64,000 nt of DNA, taken from NCBI GenBank assembly GCA_049115495.1, contig JAGDZV010000005.1, forward strand, positions 56,901 to 120,900, given 5' to 3'. Positions 45,957-56,240 of the stretch are shown in pieces (positions within the stretch are counted from its first letter, which is position 1; each line of letters opens with the position of its first letter). Origin of the DNA: Bacteroidia bacterium. Its GTDB lineage: Bacteria > Bacteroidota > Bacteroidia > CAILMK01 > JACPUW01. Under the pieces are notes generated by a model. It worked only from the letters and a program-made list of their open reading frames with translations, made no database searches and was not told the origin of the DNA. The position numbers and the translations under genes are program-made.

Positions 45957-47852
45957 TTAATTGTTAGCGCAGTTATTGGCTTCAATAAATTGTTCAACAC
46001 CTTGTGCTCCTAATTGTTCCGCACGTAGTAGGTCACTGCATGCTTTTTCACGATTATTAAGCTTTAAGTATACAAATCCCCTGAATTTGTAGGCGTCAGG
46101 ATCGTTTGGTACCAACTTTACAGCTTTGTCATAATCTTTAATAGCATTATTGTATTCTAAAATGCTGGCATACACACTTCCTCTGTTTCTAATCGCTTCA
46201 GCATAATCGGGCTTAAGGTCAACTGCCTGATTATAATATTCCAAAGCGCTTACATAATTGTTGAGGTTATACTCACACCCTCCTAAAAAATTGGCTAAGG
46301 TAAAATGAATTCCGAGCAGCGTTTCAGCTTTTTTAAAGTCATTTCGAGCTTTTTCGTATTGCGCTAGGCGAAAATAGATTTGCCCCCTATTGTAATAGCT
46401 TTCGCCTTCGTTGCTACGCAATTCTATAGCTTTACTTAAATCGGCCAAAGCACTACGGCTATCTCTGTTTCCCTCTTTTATGGCGGCCCTTATGCCATAA
46501 GCTCGTGCCAAATATTCGTGCTCATGATTCTTTTCTATAATATCGGTAACAAGGCTTTCGGTGGTATTCCATACCTTGTTTCTGCTATAAGTAATTACAC
46601 TTAAAATCAAACTCCAGATTACAACGGTAGTAAGTAGATTACTCGCTCTTTTTTGCTCTTTTACATTCTTAGATTCTCTTAGATTAGCAATGTAGGAGGC
46701 TAATATGAAGGCGAAACCCACGTACGGCAAATACACATACCTGTCGGCCATCATAAACAATCGCGAAGGCACTATTTGTAGCGTAACCGAGACTACAAGA
46801 GCGAAAAATCCTATACCAAATAGAAGTTCTCTATTTTGTCTGTTCTTATACACCCAAAAAGCTAACACTGCAAACAGCACGGGAGCAGCGTAATATAGCA
46901 TGGGCAAGGTACCGCCATCTTTTACCGGATATACATGAATGGCCGATAAATGAAACGGAGCAAAAAACTGCACTAAATAATGACCAAAACTGTAAATTGA
47001 AAGCAAAAGACCTTCAAATAGGTTGAACTCATTGCTGCCAATGTCTAAATTTTCTTGTGTACCAGAGCCGCTCAATGCTACAAGCCCAAAGGCTATAGAC
47101 AATCCAAAAAAAGGCAGTTTTTCAAGTAGCACCTTAGTATTGAATTTTCTTTTTGGCAATAAAGAAAGTTCACCCGGCTCAAGGTTTGGATCTGGGAGTT
47201 TAATCCAAAACCTTTTAGCATACCAATCAAAAAGCAAAAGAACAATTGGTAATGGAAGTGCATTGGCTTTACTAAAAAATGAAAGTGTAGCTAGTAAAAA
47301 AGCGAAACCTAACCATTTTATATTATGCTTTTGGGGTTCAGTAATGTATTTCCAATACACCAAAAGTGCCGCCATAAAAAAGCAGGAGTACATTACGCTG
47401 CTTCTGGCCGAAATCCAACTTACGGCCTCAGTATTCATGGGGTGTATGGCAAATACTAAAGCTACAACAAGGCCCACCAAAGTTTTGCGGCTTAAGGTTT
47501 TAGCTAGTAAATAAGCAAGTAAAATGTTTATGAGATGGAACAAGAAATTGAATAAATGATAGGGCAGCGGATTGAGCTTATGCATATCATACTGCACTGC
47601 GAAGCTTAAAATGGGCAGCGGGTGATACATGATCACGTACTTCTCGGTAAAGTATCGTTTTACATTTTGCCAATTTAGATCAACAATATCAGGGTAATCT
47701 TCAAAGTATTGATTATCGTCAAAAGTTAAAATATCGCCATTAAAATTACTGCTAAATGCTATTATAGAAATTACACAAATAGCTAAAAGCCAAAGCTTTC
47801 GGTTTTCAAATATCAAATCCTTTTTAGGTGCTTTTTTATTCTTTTTAGCCAT
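45957..47852 (-). CDS. TMTC-like GT-C glycosyltransferase with C-terminal TPR repeats
   Basis: FDD motif, YHPL..LSF, FH..N, FAIHPM.TEAVSWISAR, ADRYVYLP, RN.VW, then ~5 TPRs. Confidence 0.85.
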   Translation of the reverse strand: MAKKNKKAPKKDLIFENRKLWLLAICVISIIAFSSNFNGDILTFDDNQYFEDYPDIVDLNWQNVKRYFTEKYVIMYHPLPILSFAVQYDMHKLNPLPYHLFNFLFHLINILLAYLLAKTLSRKTLVGLVVALVFAIHPMNTEAVSWISARSSVMYSCFFMAALLVYWKYITEPQKHNIKWLGFAFLLATLSFFSKANALPLPIVLLLFDWYAKRFWIKLPDPNLEPGELSLLPKRKFNTKVLLEKLPFFGLSIAFGLVALSGSGTQENLDIGSNEFNLFEGLLLSIYSFGHYLVQFFAPFHLSAIHVYPVKDGGTLPMLYYAAPVLFAVLAFWVYKNRQNRELLFGIGFFALVVSVTLQIVPSRLFMMADRYVYLPYVGFAFILASYIANLRESKNVKEQKRASNLLTTVVIWSLILSVITYSRNKVWNTTESLVTDIIEKNHEHEYLARAYGIRAAIKEGNRDSRSALADLSKAIELRSNEGESYYNRGQIYFRLAQYEKARNDFKKAETLLGIHFTLANFLGGCEYNLNNYVSALEYYNQAVDLKPDYAEAIRNRGSVYASILEYNNAIKDYDKAVKLVPNDPDAYKFRGFVYLKLNNREKACSDLLRAEQLGAQGVEQFIEANNCANN

Positions 47853-48876
47853 GGTTCAAATAGTAGTCCTTATCTAAAATTCCTTCTTCAAACAATTCTT
47901 TCAAAACCAACTCGGTCATGTCACTTTTAAAAGCAAATTCGTTTCTAATATCGCTCACATAAGCTTTTAGTCTCATTTTGTAAAACGGAACCCCATCTTG
48001 TACTGTATTAAAAAATAGAACCGTAATTGGCTTATTTAGGTAAATGAATTTTGAAACCTGCGCAGCTTCAACCGCAATTTTTCTTACCAATACGGTATCT
48101 ATATTGGGGGGCAAATAAATCTCAGAAACCACTTGGCAATTGGCTTCGCCAGTATTTGAGTTTGAAACTGCATTGTTCATTACCTCTGCATTGGGTAGGG
48201 TAACCATACTATCATCGGCCGTTGTAATTTTTGTTGAACGCAAGCCAATACGCGTTACTTCTCCATAATGGCTCCCTACTTCAATCTTATCGCCTACTTT
48301 AAATGGATCGTCAAATATGATAACCAAGCCTGCAAAAATGTTTTTTATTACATCTTGAGCGGCTAAACCCACAGCAATTCCAACTGAGGCCAAACTTGCG
48401 ATAAGTGTTTCGCGGGGAGGGTTAAAAATGTTTACCACAATTAAGTAAGCCGCCACCCCCCAAAGTATAATAGCTACTAAGGGAATAAACCCCATTATGG
48501 TAATTCTATGTCTTGTACTGCGCTCGGCAAAAGCGGCCAAAACGCGCTGTATGCTTCTAATTATAAACCAATTAAAAAACAGCACCAAAATGGCGAGAAG
48601 AATATTTCTGAACGTAAAAATTGTAGCGCCGGCCAGTTTTCCGAGATCATCTCTTGGGCTGGTGTTTTCTTCATTTGGTCTTAGTGCATTGCTTCTTGCG
48701 TCAATAATTGAGTCTAGTTTTTTAATAATCGATTTTTCTCCGGGCCCAGGGTTTGTTTGAATTTCTTTAAGAATGCTATTGCTATCACTCAAAACGGCCG
48801 TAGTATCAGTTGCGTTTGGTTGTGCAATAGGGTGCAAACCAATAAGCAATGCCAATATGGTTAATCCAGCTCTCAA
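47845..48876 (-). CDS. MscS family mechanosensitive channel with N-terminal signal/periplasmic extension
   Basis: GIAVGLAAQDVIKNIFAGLVIIFDDPFKVGDKIEVG...GEVTRIGLRSTKI.T.D...VTLPN. Confidence 0.92.
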   Translation of the reverse strand: MRAGLTILALLIGLHPIAQPNATDTTAVLSDSNSILKEIQTNPGPGEKSIIKKLDSIIDARSNALRPNEENTSPRDDLGKLAGATIFTFRNILLAILVLFFNWFIIRSIQRVLAAFAERSTRHRITIMGFIPLVAIILWGVAAYLIVVNIFNPPRETLIASLASVGIAVGLAAQDVIKNIFAGLVIIFDDPFKVGDKIEVGSHYGEVTRIGLRSTKITTADDSMVTLPNAEVMNNAVSNSNTGEANCQVVSEIYLPPNIDTVLVRKIAVEAAQVSKFIYLNKPITVLFFNTVQDGVPFYKMRLKAYVSDIRNEFAFKSDMTELVLKELFEEGILDKDYYLNHG

Positions 48877-48877
48877 T

Positions 48878-51832
48878 TTAGTGTATTACATTTCTTTTGT
48901 TCATTGCATTTACAGCGCTCCAATGCAATAATGGGTTAATTTTAAGAAAATCGTCATTATTTTCTACCACACCATCTTTTTCTAATGCCGAAAGCAGATT
49001 TCTTGTTTTGCTAATATGAAAGTTGAGTACTTCATTTAACTCTCTAATGCCCAGGCCATCATGCAAAACCAAAGCGTGCAAAATGCTAAGTTTATTACTC
49101 TCTAAACCACGAAGCACATCGTTTACAGGTACCAACGAATTAACCTGTAGGCTTTGTTTGTCTATAGCGTTTATTGACAACACCCATAGCAATAAGGCCA
49201 AGCCTAAACTTCCTTCGGCCATTTTTGTGAGTTTTTCAAAATACAAGTTCTCTAAGTATTCTTGCTTTTCTAAAGAATTCATTTTTGAGAGTTTGGCCGC
49301 TTTGGGTGCAATACCATCTGTGTAAATGAGTTTAAAACCACTTACAAGATGTCTTTTCATAATAAGCTGTTTTACTTGTTTTTGATTAAGCGGTTGTAGA
49401 TGAATATTCCAAGCAAAAAATTCGTGAATTGAGGTGGTTTTTCTAAGGTAATTGGCACTGATTTCTGCCAGGTTAACCACCCAAAAAACTTGGTCTTGAC
49501 TTATTCTAATAACCTTTTGTAGTTCGTTTAGTATTTCAAATCCGTTTACCCTGCGCAAAAAGAAACGCTGAAACTCATCTATTAGCACTACACGCTTAAT
49601 GCCACAATTCACTAAATAATTGGCAACATCTTCGCTATTCTCAAACTTACTTTGGTTAAAGGTGCTTTTTAATAGTGCAATGAGCTGTTGTATGTTAGAT
49701 ATGTTTTGTTTGGGTATAATTCTATTTACCTGAATATCGTCAGATAGGTCATCTTCAAACTTGTTGAACAAACTGGTTAATCCACTTCGTTTTGGCCCAA
49801 TAAGTAAGCTACTTCCTATTTGTCCGTTTTCCCAGTGTTCATAAGCCACCTTAAGTTGCTTTAATTCTTGTAATCTGTCAATATAGAAGTTAAAATCATC
49901 AAGTGGTTCTAGCCTAAATAGCAATCTGTAAATAAATGGGAGCTTATCGTAGCTCTGTTTTGCGGTGTTTAAAAAGTTAGCCAACTTATTGTCAATAGTA
50001 GCTGCCTCATTTATTATGAGCGATTTTTCTGTGGTTTTGTAAAGACTTAAGATTTGACGATAATGCTTTCTTATAAAGGCTCCAAGGCGTTTAAGGTTAA
50101 CCTTTATCGCGCTAAAAATTTTGGCTCTATAGCTTTTGGTGCGTTGCCTGGCCTTGCTCTCGAGCAGTTTTACATTAAGCTCAAAAGCGCTATCGGTATT
50201 GTTTAGATATTGTAGGTCGTTATTTAAAATGTTTAGCGCTTTATCTAGCTCTAAAGTGGCGCGCTGGGCAACCTCTAACAATTCAGCTTTTAGGGTTTCT
50301 ATTTTTTCAAAGGTTCGCTCAAAACCTTGTTTTATGGTTTGGTCTATTTCTTTTAAAGATGCGGTGTTGTTTTCTAAGTTGTTAATTGCGGTTTCAAAGG
50401 TGTAGGCATGTATGTTGCTTATTTCAATAATAGAAGGCCTAATTCTGTTATTGAGCTTAACAAGCTCATTGTGCAAATTATCTTTGGCCAGTTGTAGATC
50501 ATCAAAGTACTCAAAGCTTATAATCTCGCTAGGGTTTATGGTGTTTATTTCGTTTTCTCTAAGCTTCTCGTCTACCTTAAAATGTCTTTTTATACTTACT
50601 TGATTACTTATTGCGGTAAGTGCCTTTTCAAAATCTTGATCTAGCGCCAAGGTAACGGTGGGCAAGTTTTGAAAAAGCATCATTTGCACCGAGTTTGGAA
50701 TCAGCTTCTTTTTAAAGTTTCCGCTAATTTTTGATCGCTCTTGTAAAATGGCCGTCTTCAGCAACTCTTTGTCTTCGTGGCTATCTTCAAAAGCGCTGTA
50801 AGATTCACTCAGGTATTTGCTAATTCTATTAAGTTGATTAAAAAGTTGCCTTTGAACTTTATGGTTAAGTCTATCACAAACCTTTTTTGAAGCAAGCTTT
50901 AAACTTTCAAAAAACACATTAATCTCATGGCTAAGTACCCAGTTGTCTTTAAGTATCTTGTGGTTTCTAGCAACACTTTTGGTCCATTTACCGTATTGAT
51001 AATCAATTTGTTGTTCGCGTCGCTTGTTTAATCTTTCACTAAAAAAGCTGGCATTTAGTTCTAAAGTTCCGGCCTTATTTATGGCAATTTGAAGAAGCCT
51101 AAACTCTTGCTCTAGTTTGTGATTAACATCTTCGGTAATATCTTTCTTAATTCCCTCTATTTGGGCCGCCAAATCTTTTAAGCTACCAATATTGTTGTGT
51201 GAAGAGCCATTGGCAAGTGGGTTTGCTGCTTTTTGAGTTACACTTCGGCAAATGGAATCGGCCTGATCAATTATATGTAGTAGGTTATTTTCGGCATTCT
51301 CAAGCATTTCAAGCAAATGTTTCCCTAACCTAATTTTTATGAAGTAGCGGTAGCAACCTTGTAAAGGAATGGTTCTATTAAAGTACTTCTTTTCTCTTTT
51401 CTCTTTTCTAAATACATTGCTTACCCTTTGCCCTGCCCAGCTCATATTTTGGGCAAGCCATTTAAGCCCTTTGGCAGTAGCAATTATTATTACATCGGTG
51501 CTTTGCCTTTTAAAGTGCTCAAGTACTTGTTCTTCAACAAGCTCCTCATTTACTTGGCTAAGCAACGCATCAATAGCGTAGTGGTATGAGGTAAACTCAT
51601 TTTTAAAACTACTGTTAAGCTTAAAGTTATAGTTGTATTCTATTAATCGCTTTACTTGCTCATTGGCTTTTTTGCGCTTTTCGGTTGTATCAACCCCTGT
51701 TGATTCAAAAACGTTAGAAAGCTGCCTAAGCATTGACTTATAGGTGCTAAACCTATCTAACACTGAGCTGAGAAAATACTCTTGAACCGATTGGTTAACC
51801 TTAGCTTTAATCGTTTTTGAAACTTGTGCCAT
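48878..51832 (-). CDS. large helical protein with C-terminal degenerate P-loop NTPase and winged-helix-like end
   Basis: LLIGPKRSGLTS (Walker A without Lys), VVLIDEFQ (Walker B), L.PL....VKQLIMKRH...GF. Lies 1 bp from the MscS gene. Confidence 0.7.
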   Translation of the reverse strand: MAQVSKTIKAKVNQSVQEYFLSSVLDRFSTYKSMLRQLSNVFESTGVDTTEKRKKANEQVKRLIEYNYNFKLNSSFKNEFTSYHYAIDALLSQVNEELVEEQVLEHFKRQSTDVIIIATAKGLKWLAQNMSWAGQRVSNVFRKEKREKKYFNRTIPLQGCYRYFIKIRLGKHLLEMLENAENNLLHIIDQADSICRSVTQKAANPLANGSSHNNIGSLKDLAAQIEGIKKDITEDVNHKLEQEFRLLQIAINKAGTLELNASFFSERLNKRREQQIDYQYGKWTKSVARNHKILKDNWVLSHEINVFFESLKLASKKVCDRLNHKVQRQLFNQLNRISKYLSESYSAFEDSHEDKELLKTAILQERSKISGNFKKKLIPNSVQMMLFQNLPTVTLALDQDFEKALTAISNQVSIKRHFKVDEKLRENEINTINPSEIISFEYFDDLQLAKDNLHNELVKLNNRIRPSIIEISNIHAYTFETAINNLENNTASLKEIDQTIKQGFERTFEKIETLKAELLEVAQRATLELDKALNILNNDLQYLNNTDSAFELNVKLLESKARQRTKSYRAKIFSAIKVNLKRLGAFIRKHYRQILSLYKTTEKSLIINEAATIDNKLANFLNTAKQSYDKLPFIYRLLFRLEPLDDFNFYIDRLQELKQLKVAYEHWENGQIGSSLLIGPKRSGLTSLFNKFEDDLSDDIQVNRIIPKQNISNIQQLIALLKSTFNQSKFENSEDVANYLVNCGIKRVVLIDEFQRFFLRRVNGFEILNELQKVIRISQDQVFWVVNLAEISANYLRKTTSIHEFFAWNIHLQPLNQKQVKQLIMKRHLVSGFKLIYTDGIAPKAAKLSKMNSLEKQEYLENLYFEKLTKMAEGSLGLALLLWVLSINAIDKQSLQVNSLVPVNDVLRGLESNKLSILHALVLHDGLGIRELNEVLNFHISKTRNLLSALEKDGVVENNDDFLKINPLLHWSAVNAMNKRNVIH

Positions 51833-51921
51833 TTACTTAATTGCCAGTGCTAATATAATTCAATGCGCTTGCTACAAAGCAAAGATTAAAAAGAGATGTG
51901 ATTTTGGGAGATCTCGGTATA

Positions 51922-51980
51922 GTCACCCCGACGTAAGGAAGGGTCTCCATCGGGTACTTCATTAGCCCAGGCTTGTACCC
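51922..51980. repeat. family B palindromic element (partial)
   Basis: GTCACCCCGACGTAAGGAAGGGTCTCCATCGGGTAC...GTACCC, similar to 326-383. Confidence 0.6.
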
Positions 51981-52071
51981 CAAAATAGAAATGTCGTTAC
52001 TCAGTTTGACTTGCAGTCAGGTTACAAATCCAAGTGTTTTTTGCAGACCAAACATTTAATTGCAAATAAAT

Positions 52072-52104
52072 TTTGCTTTAAAAAAATGGGGGGGGGTAAT
52101 TTGT
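52072..52104 (+). promoter_or_regulatory. putative -33/-7 promoter with G9 tract in spacer
   Basis: TTTG (52072-75), a 21 nt spacer containing A7 and G9 (52088-96), then TAATTTGT. Confidence 0.45.
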
Positions 52105-52125
52105 CATTAATTAAAAATTATAATA

Positions 52126-53214
52126 ATGAATTTGTATTTGAAAAAATTAGTGGCGTTTTCTTCATTAGCCCTTGTTAGTATTTATTTTTCAGCATGCAAC
52201 AGCTTTGGCCTTAGAGCTTGCTTTGAGCCTGAGCAGGTATCAGAATATGAAACCACCATTTTGTTTAACAATTGCTCACGCAATGCCACTACTTATTTAT
52301 GGAAGTTTGGCGATGGCAAATCCAGCACCGAAGAAAGCCCAACACATAAATACAGAGAAGAAGGTACCTACAACGTAACCCTTACCGCACTAGGAGAGGG
52401 CACCGATGTAGATGGCGAAACCATAGAGCAAGAAGTAGTGGTAAAAAGGCCACGACAATCAATAAACATTACCACCAACACTACGAACATAAACTACCAC
52501 CAACGCCTTAAAATAGATGTTTCAGGTTATGCCAAGGTTAATCGTTTTAAGATCTATGGCTACATTTTTACCGAGCAAGGAGATTCATTTCAAATATTTG
52601 ATACTACTTGTACCGAAACCACTGAGCCACGCTTATTTGAGTACAACTTTTTAAGAGATAAGCGCTTTTACCATGCAAAAAGCACCATAAAGTTTGCCTT
52701 AGACGATCTAGATGGCCATTACATATCAAGTAATTCAGTAGAGCTTACCGCAAATGATAAGTATAATGCCAGCGCAAAGCGTTCAAGCTTTTTTATTGAA
52801 CGTAGAGTAAGCGGCAATGCTTACGGCTTCAGTTTCGAAAAACTAAAAGGTGTAGGCAAAGGCGATGAAAAGTTCATGGATTTTGCCGATGCAACGGATG
52901 CATCAGAGAGAAATTTCTCAGGCGAACTTAAAGCAGGTAAAAACAATGAAGCTACCTACTATTTATTTCCTGAAGGCACCAGAATTGAAGACCTCACCGT
53001 GCAAGATCATGTTGATTCAAAAAATGAAACTTGGACCGACAATATCAAGATAAAACAAGGCTCATTGTTCGCCATGGATTACGAAATAGTTGGCGACTAC
53101 CTATCCGGTAGAAGATGGTATTATCCAATCATTGAGATCACCGAAATAGAAGAAACTGGAGATATTAATTCATCAAAAATGAAATTTAGAGTTCACTATT
53201 TTTCGGTGGAGTAA
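52126..53214 (+). CDS. PKD-domain lipoprotein
   Basis: Lipobox YFSAC; F.N.S.NATTYLWKFGDG..STEESPTHKY...GTYNVTLTA. Confidence 0.85.
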   Translation: MNLYLKKLVAFSSLALVSIYFSACNSFGLRACFEPEQVSEYETTILFNNCSRNATTYLWKFGDGKSSTEESPTHKYREEGTYNVTLTALGEGTDVDGETIEQEVVVKRPRQSINITTNTTNINYHQRLKIDVSGYAKVNRFKIYGYIFTEQGDSFQIFDTTCTETTEPRLFEYNFLRDKRFYHAKSTIKFALDDLDGHYISSNSVELTANDKYNASAKRSSFFIERRVSGNAYGFSFEKLKGVGKGDEKFMDFADATDASERNFSGELKAGKNNEATYYLFPEGTRIEDLTVQDHVDSKNETWTDNIKIKQGSLFAMDYEIVGDYLSGRRWYYPIIEITEIEETGDINSSKMKFRVHYFSVE

Positions 53215-53284
53215 TTTCCTTAGGTAAATTTTGAGTTCAAAGGCCTAAAGCCTATTTTAACACAGTTATATAAAGTATTTCGTT

Positions 53285-56206
53285 ATGGTTGTTTTATGGA
53301 GAAAATTGGTGCTTCTTAGCGTTTTGTTTTTTGTTTTTGCTAATGCTTTTGCAACGCATAATTATGGACATGAAATAACATGGGAGGTAGTTAATAAAGA
53401 TACAATAAAAATCACCCAAACCTATTATACCGATTGTAACTCGACATTAGTTGGTAGTGTAATATTTAAAATATCTGACGGGTCACATACTAAAAGTTAT
53501 GGGAGTCAAACGCGATTTATAAATGATGTTACACCTGTTTGTAAAAAGACATGTAATACTTGTTCATCGTCAAGTTGTTCCTTTAAATATGGTCTTGAAG
53601 CCACTGGAATTACAGTACTTGTAGATCTGTCCTATTGGAGAAATAGAAACTCTAAAACTCTTACCATTTGGGAAGATGGTTACAGTCGCTCCTCAAGTTT
53701 GACAAACGGTGGAAGCGGAGAAGGTCTGACCGTAAAAAATACTCTTGTTTTAGACAGTCAAATGCCGTCTACCCCAAAATATAGAAGTCCATCACCAGTT
53801 TTGAACTGTTTAAATGCAGACATCAAATTTGATTTAGGAGGAGAGAGCGATAATTCGGGCTACTCTTATACTTATCATTTGGTCAATCCACTGGAAATTG
53901 ATACATCGACTTTGCTTAAATATAATAATCCTTATAAATATAACCGACCTGTAAGGTTTCAAGGTTGGCCAAACGAAAACGTTGCCTTACCTGGAGGATT
54001 TCATTTAGATTCAACCAATGGCCTATTGCAATTTAGAGCAAAAAGAATAGAACAAAGCGTTGCTGCAATAGAAGTACGGATTTGGAAAAATGGCAAAGTG
54101 GTGGCAACAACCATGCGCGATTTTTCGATAATTATAATAAAATGCGCCAATAATGATGCTCCAGTTATTTCAGGAACAAATTGCCGCACACCATCATCAC
54201 AAAACTTTGATTTTATTGCTTGTGGCGGTCAATCAAATTGTTTTTCAATCTGTGTAAATGATGCTGATACCGCAGATAGTATAGCGCTACAAAGAATAGG
54301 AGACACCACCTTTGGAAATTTTCAAGTCTATTCACATGGCAATGCCATTGATTCAGCAAAATTCTGCTATACCCCCACCAATGCCGATACTGGTAAGGAA
54401 TTGCAATTGATGCTAAATGTAAACGATAATGTATGCCCAATACCATCAAATAGCAATTATGTATATAGGGTTAAAGTTGTTCCCTATTACGATTCAAAAA
54501 TTAGGATAAAAGTCAATAAATTAGATAGTTGTGGTAGATATGAGTTTGAAGCTTTAGAAGTAAACAACAACCCAATGCAAGAGCTAAGATGGTATTTGAA
54601 TGACACCTTAGAAATTGGACAAGGAACCAAGCTGAAATATAACTTCAATGCCAATGGTAGCCATAAGATTTCAGTGAATCATATTGGGTGTTCAAACAAA
54701 ACATTTGATACCACTCTTGCAATTACTGGTATAGTACCCATTTCAATTTTGGAATATTCTGATACTGTGCTTTGCGCAAATCAAACCCTTGATTTAGGGA
54801 TGAATGCAAAAGATGGTCATGGCACTCTTACTTTACAATGGAACATACCCAACACCATCAATGTAGTAGGCGGTAATAAAAAGTCAGATCAAATTAGCTT
54901 AGGTTTTAATAAACAGTCAACCGTTCAAAATCTGGCATTTAGCTACACCGTAACTGACAGTTTTGGTTGCAAAGCTGAGCATAAGGTAAATGCCACGGTT
55001 AAAAACTATGAAGAAAGAAACCTTGAAATAGATCACAGTTATTGCCTAGATGGTGATACCATTTTGCCACTAGGTTTATTCAACAATGAAACAGGTTGGA
55101 CAGGTGCCGGAGTTAAAAATGATACTTTCAATAGTCACTTAGCACCAAAGCAAGTACTTACCCTGGTTTATCTAAATAAACAAAACGCAAATTGTATAAT
55201 AGATACTGCAGTAATTGAGAATTACGGGGTGCCCACAATCCAATTTATCAAAAGCTTTACCATTTGCAAAGAAGGTAATGACACCCTGCTTAGTGCAAGC
55301 CCAACAGGTGGAACCTGGACTGGTGCAGCAATAAATAGCAATGGTACTTTTACACCAAGCCTAGCCAAAGTAGGCGCCAACTATCTAACCTATTTAGGTA
55401 CAGATAGCAACGGTTGTAGTAGCACCGATAGCTTATTGATTAACGTAGAAGATTATAAGCCAACTCTTACGGTAACAGACTCAGCAATCACTTGCCTAAA
55501 CGGCGATAATCTAGAGATAACAGCCCAGCCCAATGGTGGTACTTGGAGCACTCAGGGTTTTAGTAGTACCAACAATGAAATTAGCCTTGACCCAAGCCTT
55601 TTTGGAGTGGGAAGCTACGAAGTGGTTTACAGCTACCAAGACTCAAACCAGTGTTCAAATGCTGATACAGCAATTGCCATCATAAACGATTTACCAAAAC
55701 CAGCTTTTGATGTTGATTCAGTGGTGTTTCAAAAAGACACTTTAGAGCTCATCAACCAAACCATCGAGGTTAACAGTACCAATTACACTTGGATTATCAA
55801 TGGTCCACAAAACAAAACGGAAACGGGTTTTGAACCACAAATAATTATGGATAGCCTGGGTATGCATAGCATCACTCTAATTGCAACCGATGCTAAAACA
55901 GGTTGTACCGATACCTTGGCATCAGATGATTCTGTGAAAGTGGTGTTGAATACCGGCTTGCTTTTAGGTCAAATAGAAGGCTTAAAAGTTTATCCAAATC
56001 CATTTAGCCAGGAGCTAAACTTTACCAATACTACTGGCCAAAACTTACAATACCAAATCATAGCCCAAGATGGAAAAGTGGTATTTGATCAAAACAGCAG
56101 TCAAGCTACAATCAACATCAACCTTAGCTATTTAGTCAAAGGTGTTTATACACTCAAAACAACTGGAAATGGCTTTGTAGAAGTGCAGCAGGTGGTTAAG
56201 GAGTAA
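53285..56206 (+). CDS. T9SS-secreted protein with Ig/PKD-like repeats and type A CTD
   Basis: Signal peptide then ATH..G.EITW; P.GGTW.G repeats; KVYPNPF...KGVYTL...QQVVKE*. Confidence 0.88.
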   Translation: MVVLWRKLVLLSVLFFVFANAFATHNYGHEITWEVVNKDTIKITQTYYTDCNSTLVGSVIFKISDGSHTKSYGSQTRFINDVTPVCKKTCNTCSSSSCSFKYGLEATGITVLVDLSYWRNRNSKTLTIWEDGYSRSSSLTNGGSGEGLTVKNTLVLDSQMPSTPKYRSPSPVLNCLNADIKFDLGGESDNSGYSYTYHLVNPLEIDTSTLLKYNNPYKYNRPVRFQGWPNENVALPGGFHLDSTNGLLQFRAKRIEQSVAAIEVRIWKNGKVVATTMRDFSIIIIKCANNDAPVISGTNCRTPSSQNFDFIACGGQSNCFSICVNDADTADSIALQRIGDTTFGNFQVYSHGNAIDSAKFCYTPTNADTGKELQLMLNVNDNVCPIPSNSNYVYRVKVVPYYDSKIRIKVNKLDSCGRYEFEALEVNNNPMQELRWYLNDTLEIGQGTKLKYNFNANGSHKISVNHIGCSNKTFDTTLAITGIVPISILEYSDTVLCANQTLDLGMNAKDGHGTLTLQWNIPNTINVVGGNKKSDQISLGFNKQSTVQNLAFSYTVTDSFGCKAEHKVNATVKNYEERNLEIDHSYCLDGDTILPLGLFNNETGWTGAGVKNDTFNSHLAPKQVLTLVYLNKQNANCIIDTAVIENYGVPTIQFIKSFTICKEGNDTLLSASPTGGTWTGAAINSNGTFTPSLAKVGANYLTYLGTDSNGCSSTDSLLINVEDYKPTLTVTDSAITCLNGDNLEITAQPNGGTWSTQGFSSTNNEISLDPSLFGVGSYEVVYSYQDSNQCSNADTAIAIINDLPKPAFDVDSVVFQKDTLELINQTIEVNSTNYTWIINGPQNKTETGFEPQIIMDSLGMHSITLIATDAKTGCTDTLASDDSVKVVLNTGLLLGQIEGLKVYPNPFSQELNFTNTTGQNLQYQIIAQDGKVVFDQNSSQATININLSYLVKGVYTLKTTGNGFVEVQQVVKE

Positions 56207-56240
56207 AATAAAAAAGCATTTAAGTTAAATAACAATAGAA

